Below are positions 59,230-64,000 of a DNA stretch of 64,000 nucleotides, piece by piece. The notes below the pieces were generated by a model. The model had not been told where the DNA came from. It was given only the letters and a program-made list of their open reading frames with translations, and did not search any database. Position 1 is the first letter of the stretch, and each line of letters starts with the position of its first letter. Both the position numbers and the translations under genes were made by a program. The stretch is from Chthoniobacteraceae bacterium (GTDB lineage: Bacteria > Verrucomicrobiota > Verrucomicrobiia > Chthoniobacterales > Chthoniobacteraceae), in the NCBI GenBank assembly GCA_031409335.1, contig JANNWY010000212.1, positions 32,001-96,000 of the forward strand, read 5' to 3'.

Positions 59230-60237
59230 GGAAATGATTTCTCGCTACCTCCTGCTTCGGTATTGCCGGAAAATGGTTTCGCGGGAAGCATCGAATTGTG
59301 GGAACAAAATCGCGGTGGCGTGTTCGCGCGATCCGCGGCTAACGCACGACGAACGCGAAGTCCTGCGTGGCCAGCAGGTGAAAGTGGGGACAGCCGCAGG
59401 GGTGCGCGCCGCAGCCCAGATGGGTGTAGTTCGCGCGCAGGATATTGGCGCGATGGCCCGGCGATTTCATCCACTGCGCCACGACGGCCCGCGCATAGCC
59501 CCAATAGGTGTAACCGCCGGCGCCGAGGCTCGAAATGTTTTCACCCGCCGCCATGTTTTTCGCACCCGCCGCGTCGAGCCGCAGGAAGGGACTGGCTTTG
59601 GCGGGATCGCGAGGATTTCCATGCGAGAAAAACCCGCCGAGCGCCATGTCCCGCGAATGTCCCCAAGCCGCCTCGCGCAGGGCCGGCAGCGGGATGAGCG
59701 GGCGCAGTTTTTGAGACCGCCGCGCCGCGTTGGTGGCGTGAAAAATGGCGGCGCTGAGGAAGGCATGGTCGAGCGCCTCCCGATCGAGCTTTTGCCGCGC
59801 GAGTGGGAGCTGGCTGAAGGTTTCCGCCGTGTGGCCGGAATACCAATCCGCCAGCGGGTTCGGCGTTGGCGTGTCCGCCGGCGGCAGTGCGCGGGCGATT
59901 TCATCCGCGAGAGCGAGCGGCCACGCGGGGTCGTCGAAAAGACTGGGATTCTCGGCGCGGGCTTTTTGCACCCCGGCGAGGAATTCGCGATTGAACGCGG
60001 AGCCGGCCACGCCCAGCGGCGGATATTTTTTCACCGCTTCCGCCTGCGCGACCGCGCTGGCCGGGGGTGGTGCGGGCGCCTCTTGCGCTGGCGCGAACGA
60101 TCCGGGCAGAGCCAGGCACGCGGCCAGGACGATGAAGGGGAGGGAATGCGGGCAACTCGTTTTCATAGGCATGATTTCTCGCTGCCTGCTACTTCGGTAT
60201 TGCCGGAAAATGGTTTCGCGGAAAGCATCGAATCGTG
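59208..60237. repeat. 93-bp direct repeat (promoter/leader plus first codons) flanking the CAP gene
   Basis: 59208-59300 versus 60145-60237, about 82/93 identical by manual alignment. Confidence 0.9.
59339..60166 (-). CDS. secreted CAP/SCP domain protein with one copy of the unrecognised N-terminal domain
   Basis: TNAARR, HSRDMA..GFFSH, GENI, WMKSPGHRANIL, ATQDF; AQAEAVKKYPPLGVAGSAFNREF...WPLALADE. Confidence 0.88.
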   Translation of the reverse strand: MKTSCPHSLPFIVLAACLALPGSFAPAQEAPAPPPASAVAQAEAVKKYPPLGVAGSAFNREFLAGVQKARAENPSLFDDPAWPLALADEIARALPPADTPTPNPLADWYSGHTAETFSQLPLARQKLDREALDHAFLSAAIFHATNAARRSQKLRPLIPLPALREAAWGHSRDMALGGFFSHGNPRDPAKASPFLRLDAAGAKNMAAGENISSLGAGGYTYWGYARAVVAQWMKSPGHRANILRANYTHLGCGAHPCGCPHFHLLATQDFAFVVR

Positions 60238-60966
60238 AAAAAGACCCACGAACCCGCCGCGCATGGATTTCCCGCCACGCGGTGGAGCCTTGTCCGGAAG
60301 GCGTGCGATTCCGGTGAAAGGGAGGCGGACTTGGACGCGCTCCAGCAGGTCTGCCTGGATTACTGGTTTCCACTCTATGCCTGGGCGCGGCATTCGCGCC
60401 GGTCGCAGGAGGATGCCGAGGATTTGATCCAGAGCTTTTTCGAGCAGTTGCTCGAAAAGGAATTTCTTCAACGCGCCGATCGGGAAAAGGGACGCTTGCG
60501 GACTTTCCTGCTGACGTGTCTCAAACGCCACGCCGCGGATCTCACGGACAAGGCGCACGCGGCGCGGCGCGATGCGCGGAAAACCATCTCGCTCGATTTC
60601 GAGTGGGCCGAGGGCCGCTACCACGATCACCAGCAGGATTCCAACGGCCCGGACAAACTCTACGACCAGCGCTGGGCGCACGCCCTGTTGCAATATGCGC
60701 TGGCGGCTTTGCGCGAGGAACTGGAAGCCGATGGTCGCGCGACGGAATACGCCATCTTAAAGTCGTTTCTCGGTTTCGATGCCGACGAACAAACGTCGTC
60801 GAAGGATGCTGCCGCAAGCCTGGGCATCGGTGAGGCCGCGTTGAAATCGCGAGTGTTCCGGTTGCGAAAGCGATTTCACGAAATCGTGAAGAATCACGTC
60901 GCGCAAACGGTCGGCAGCGATTTGAAGGCGAAGGACGAATTGATGGAATTGATGAGCGTCATTTGA
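60235..60966 (+). CDS. ECF-type sigma-70 factor (same family as 661-1407)
   Basis: FPATRWSLV, YWFPLYAWAR, DAEDLIQSFF, KGRLRTFLL, VFRLRKRF; divergent from the kinase cluster. Confidence 0.9.
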   Translation: MKKTHEPAAHGFPATRWSLVRKACDSGEREADLDALQQVCLDYWFPLYAWARHSRRSQEDAEDLIQSFFEQLLEKEFLQRADREKGRLRTFLLTCLKRHAADLTDKAHAARRDARKTISLDFEWAEGRYHDHQQDSNGPDKLYDQRWAHALLQYALAALREELEADGRATEYAILKSFLGFDADEQTSSKDAAASLGIGEAALKSRVFRLRKRFHEIVKNHVAQTVGSDLKAKDELMELMSVI

Positions 60967-60968
60967 CC

Positions 60969-61031
60969 CGCGCGACCTGTCTGGTGGAATTGCGGAAGCT
61001 CATCGAGAATCCGTCGCTGATGCTGCTGTGA
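60969..61031 (+). pseudogene. third, more degenerate copy of pdhC 3' end
   Basis: Encodes RATCLVELRKLIENPSLMLL-TGA; 54/63 nt identical to 45223-45285. Confidence 0.9.
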
Positions 61032-62967
61032 CGGCGCGCGGATTTTTCATCCGGTAAAAGCGGCCGTCTTCGGCGCCGCCGAGGAAGTCGGGAATGCCAT
61101 CGCCGTCGAAATCGACGACCGCCGGGCTTACGTCGTGGCCCTCGATATTCTTCGCCGCGAGGGTGCCCGCGTTCTTGAAAATCCATGCGCCGTCGCGTTC
61201 GCCGACTTGCTGGAGAAAGTCGGCGTTCGTCGAGTTGAGCAGGAAGTCGAACTTTCCATCGCCATCCCAATCGGTGACGCAAAGTTTGCGGCGCCCGCTC
61301 GCTCCCGCGGTCTTCGGGTTTAAGCGCAGCGGCGCACCGGACTCGTCGATGAAGGCGCGGCGCGGTGCTTTCAGCAGCAGGTTTCCGGCGCGTTTTTGCC
61401 GCTCGAAAAATGCGAGGTAGCCTTCGTGGTCGAGCATCGCGAGGTCGGGCAGGCCGTCTTTGTTGAAATCGAAAACGACGGGCGTCGTGCGCCATTGCGT
61501 GAGCAGCGCCGCGCCTTGCGGTTTGCGCCAGCCCCACTCCAGCACGGGTTGCGCGCCGGACCATGCGACTTCGATCGGTTGCGGAGCGGCCAGCTTCGGC
61601 GCGGTGCGCGTGCCGACATTTTGCAGCCACACCACGTCGCCGAGGATGCTGTTGAGCACGATGTCCGGCAGCGTGTCGCCGTCCCAGTCCGCGACGCTGA
61701 AAGTCGTGTAGCCCCACTTCGCTTCGGCGGGGCCTTGGATGCTGCCGTTCGGCCCGGCCATGACTCGAAAGGGTTTTTCGTTCACTTCCAGTCGGCGCGG
61801 TGCGGCCCATTTCGGCGGGTCCACATTCGGCCCGCTGAGATTCTCGAAGAACTCAATGTAGCCCGCGGTATTGCCGCTCACGATGTCGGTGTCGCCATCG
61901 CCGTCCCAGTCCGCGCCCGTCGGCGTCGCGAGCGTGCCGCATTTGAGCATGTCCGCTTCCTGTTTGAAATAGATGGGCTGCGCGAACACGGGCACCTCCC
62001 CGCCCTTCACTTCGCCGAGATTTTCCACGAAGGCCACGCGTCCGTCTTCATCGCCGACGATGAGATCCGCGTCGCCATCCCGGTCCCAGTCGAATGCGAT
62101 CGGGACGATCATTTCCAAATCCATCCGCACTTCCGCGCCCGCGCGATCCTTCACCCGCCGACCCGCGGCGTAGCGTGGCTCGGAACTCGTCCCGATGTTT
62201 TCAAAATACGTGAACCCATCGAGGAACTCGCCGCAGAGCAGATCGAGATCATCGTCGTCGTCGCAGTTCACAAAGTTCGGCGACGGGCAGCCGAAGGTGT
62301 CGAGTGGCCGGCCATCCGCCTGCACCTGGAACGGCTCGACATAATGCGGCGCGTCGGCGGTGCCGGCATTGCGGAAGACATGCACGAAGCCGTGCAGCGG
62401 ACCATTCTGCCAGACGCCGCGCGCGTCCCACGCATCGTCCCAACCGTAAAAACTCCAGTCCTCAATCCCCACGATCAGATCCTGCCGGCCGTCGCCATCG
62501 TAGTCCGCGTAGCGCCATTGATTGTGCCGCACTTTCGGACCTTTCGGCTGTTTTCCCTGCGCTTTGTAAAAGCCCGCCTTCACCGGCAGCGGCACTTTTT
62601 CCGCGAGTCCGGTGCGTTCGAAATTCGGATGCTCCGCGCCGGGCGTGAGGACGCGCAATTTTCCATCCACATAGCTCGGCATCACGTAACGCTCCGTGCT
62701 GCTGAGGCGGCGCGCCGCTTTGAAAACCGGCAGTTTATTTTTCGCAGTGTCGCCGCTCGTGTTTTCAAAAAGGTACACACCGTTCGACGGCTTGTCGGGG
62801 CACGACACGATGAGATCGAAATCGCCATCGCCATCCGCGTCACACGGCACCGGCCACGCCCACAGTCCGACACCGAGATCCACGACGAGGCCGGGATGAT
62901 TATACGGAAGCCGTTCCAGCGCCTGTGCCGTCGCGGCGGCCAGCAGGATTGCGGCGAGTATTTTCAC
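61000..62967 (-). CDS. secreted FG-GAP/VCBS repeat protein
   Basis: Signal peptide; repeated D.DGDGD.DL(I/L)VG motifs; GTGA overlap with the sialidase stop (alternative ATG 62976). Confidence 0.9.
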   Translation of the reverse strand: MKILAAILLAAATAQALERLPYNHPGLVVDLGVGLWAWPVPCDADGDGDFDLIVSCPDKPSNGVYLFENTSGDTAKNKLPVFKAARRLSSTERYVMPSYVDGKLRVLTPGAEHPNFERTGLAEKVPLPVKAGFYKAQGKQPKGPKVRHNQWRYADYDGDGRQDLIVGIEDWSFYGWDDAWDARGVWQNGPLHGFVHVFRNAGTADAPHYVEPFQVQADGRPLDTFGCPSPNFVNCDDDDDLDLLCGEFLDGFTYFENIGTSSEPRYAAGRRVKDRAGAEVRMDLEMIVPIAFDWDRDGDADLIVGDEDGRVAFVENLGEVKGGEVPVFAQPIYFKQEADMLKCGTLATPTGADWDGDGDTDIVSGNTAGYIEFFENLSGPNVDPPKWAAPRRLEVNEKPFRVMAGPNGSIQGPAEAKWGYTTFSVADWDGDTLPDIVLNSILGDVVWLQNVGTRTAPKLAAPQPIEVAWSGAQPVLEWGWRKPQGAALLTQWRTTPVVFDFNKDGLPDLAMLDHEGYLAFFERQKRAGNLLLKAPRRAFIDESGAPLRLNPKTAGASGRRKLCVTDWDGDGKFDFLLNSTNADFLQQVGERDGAWIFKNAGTLAAKNIEGHDVSPAVVDFDGDGIPDFLGGAEDGRFYRMKNPRAVTAASATDSR

Positions 62968-64000
62968 TTTGGCCATTCGCCGTTCACCATTGCGCTTGCT
63001 TCGAGTTTCGCCGGGTCCACGACGGCGTGCCGGATCTTTTTTCGCTGCCATGTGTAGGTGATGTGAACGAGCCCGTCGCCCGTCTGGATCACTGCCGGGT
63101 AGCTGTATTCGCCCGGCTCGCTTTCCAACACGAGCGCCGCCTGCCACGCGCGGCCATCGCGCGACACCGCGAGATTTAGCGGCGTCCGTTTGCCGCCCCA
63201 TTCGCGCGGGATTCCCGGCACATGATTGTACACGAGCAGGTGCCGTCCGTCCTTGAGCGTCACCGCGTCGGTGCCTGAGTTCGGATTTGGCAAAGTGCCG
63301 AGCGTCATCGCGCCCCACGTCTTCCCGCCATCGTCGGAGGCCACCTCGAAAATTTTGTGCTGCCGCGTGCGCCCCAGCGCCAGCAGTTTTTCTCCACCGA
63401 GGAAAAGGAGGCTCGGCTGGATGCCGTGGATCGCCACGCCGTCATTCACTGGCCCGATCCGCTCCCAGGTTTTTCCGAGATCACTCGTGCGCTCAAAATG
63501 CACCGCCCACTTGTCCGGGGCGTCCGATGTTTCCGTGCTCGATCCGCACAGGATGTCGCCGTTCGCGAGCTGCACCGGTTTGTTTTTCACTGGTCCGAGG
63601 ATGCCCTCGGGCAAACGCCGCGGCTCGGTCCACGTGCGTCCGTCATCCGTCGAAGTCGTGAGCATTCCCCACCAGAAATCCGGTGAAGGTCCGGCTTTGT
63701 AGAAGAGCAGCAGCGGCCCGGTCTTCGGTTGAAAAAGCACGGGATTCCAAGTCGGGTGGCGCACCACCGCGCCGTCAGGTTTTCGATATTGCACGCCGTT
63801 CGCGACTTCGACTGGTGCGATCCATTTCCCGCTTTCCACGCGTGAAATCCAGATGCCGACATCCGGCGCTTTTTCCCGCTGTCCGCCAAACCACGCGGCG
63901 ATCAGTCCCGATTTCGTCTCTGCGATCGTGGATGCGTGGCACGAGGGGAAAGGCGCGGTTTCGTAGATGAACTCGGAGAGCACGAGCGGGTCGGCGGCGT
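62964..64000 (-). CDS. exo-alpha-sialidase / BNR (Asp-box) protein, 5' truncated by window edge
   Basis: CHASTI, AWFGG.RE, Asp-boxes STDDGRTW, TSDLGKTW, SDDGGKTW, SRDGRAW, YSYP. Confidence 0.9.
   Translation of the reverse strand, partial: AADPLVLSEFIYETAPFPSCHASTIAETKSGLIAAWFGGQREKAPDVGIWISRVESGKWIAPVEVANGVQYRKPDGAVVRHPTWNPVLFQPKTGPLLLFYKAGPSPDFWWGMLTTSTDDGRTWTEPRRLPEGILGPVKNKPVQLANGDILCGSSTETSDAPDKWAVHFERTSDLGKTWERIGPVNDGVAIHGIQPSLLFLGGEKLLALGRTRQHKIFEVASDDGGKTWGAMTLGTLPNPNSGTDAVTLKDGRHLLVYNHVPGIPREWGGKRTPLNLAVSRDGRAWQAALVLESEPGEYSYPAVIQTGDGLVHITYTWQRKKIRHAVVDPAKLEASAMVNGEWPK

Larger units (their letters stand above)
46068..60968. mobile_element. ~15 kb genomic island bounded by pdhC 3'-end repeats, no integrase
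   Basis: Direct repeats at 46005-46067 and 60969-61031; accessory cargo; AT-richer patches. Confidence 0.75.

Noticed and set aside
46068..60968. Prophage, ICE or integron interpretation of the island
   Set aside because: No integrase, phage structural, relaxase or T4SS genes, and no attC-like sites between genes

Overview
High-GC bacterial chromosomal window. Gene content (DUF1501 + PSD1/PSCyt pair, FxxTRWSLV-type ECF sigma/Ser-Thr kinase pairs, Uma2, several REP-like families) points to Verrucomicrobiota, probably Chthoniobacterales/Spartobacteria; this is inference. The backbone carries valS, coaD-yceD-rpmF-plsX-fabH, pyrF, rpoN, an NtrC-type regulator, a D,D-carboxypeptidase, a cbiX-like gene, gap, an ABC/MFP exporter and pdhC. 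Main finding: the last 63 nt of pdhC occur three times (45223-45285, 46005-46067, 60969-61031), each ending in a different stop codon. They bracket a lone Uma2 nuclease gene and a ~15 kb island with no integrase. The island encodes an ECF sigma factor, a Zn-ribbon Ser/Thr kinase, three membrane proteins sharing a TM + lectin-like module, and three secreted proteins in which one unrecognised ~55-aa domain is fused to NlpC/P60, DPBB-like or CAP domains. Also present: a SMEK-NACHT-LRR candidate anti-phage protein, an MNT-HEPN toxin-antitoxin pair, five distinct REP/REPIN-like inverted repeats, and repeat-derived in-frame insertions in valS, pdhC, a kinase and an L,D-transpeptidase-like gene. No rRNA, tRNA, CRISPR array or integrase/transposase was recognised. 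All family calls come from motif recognition by eye, not database searches.
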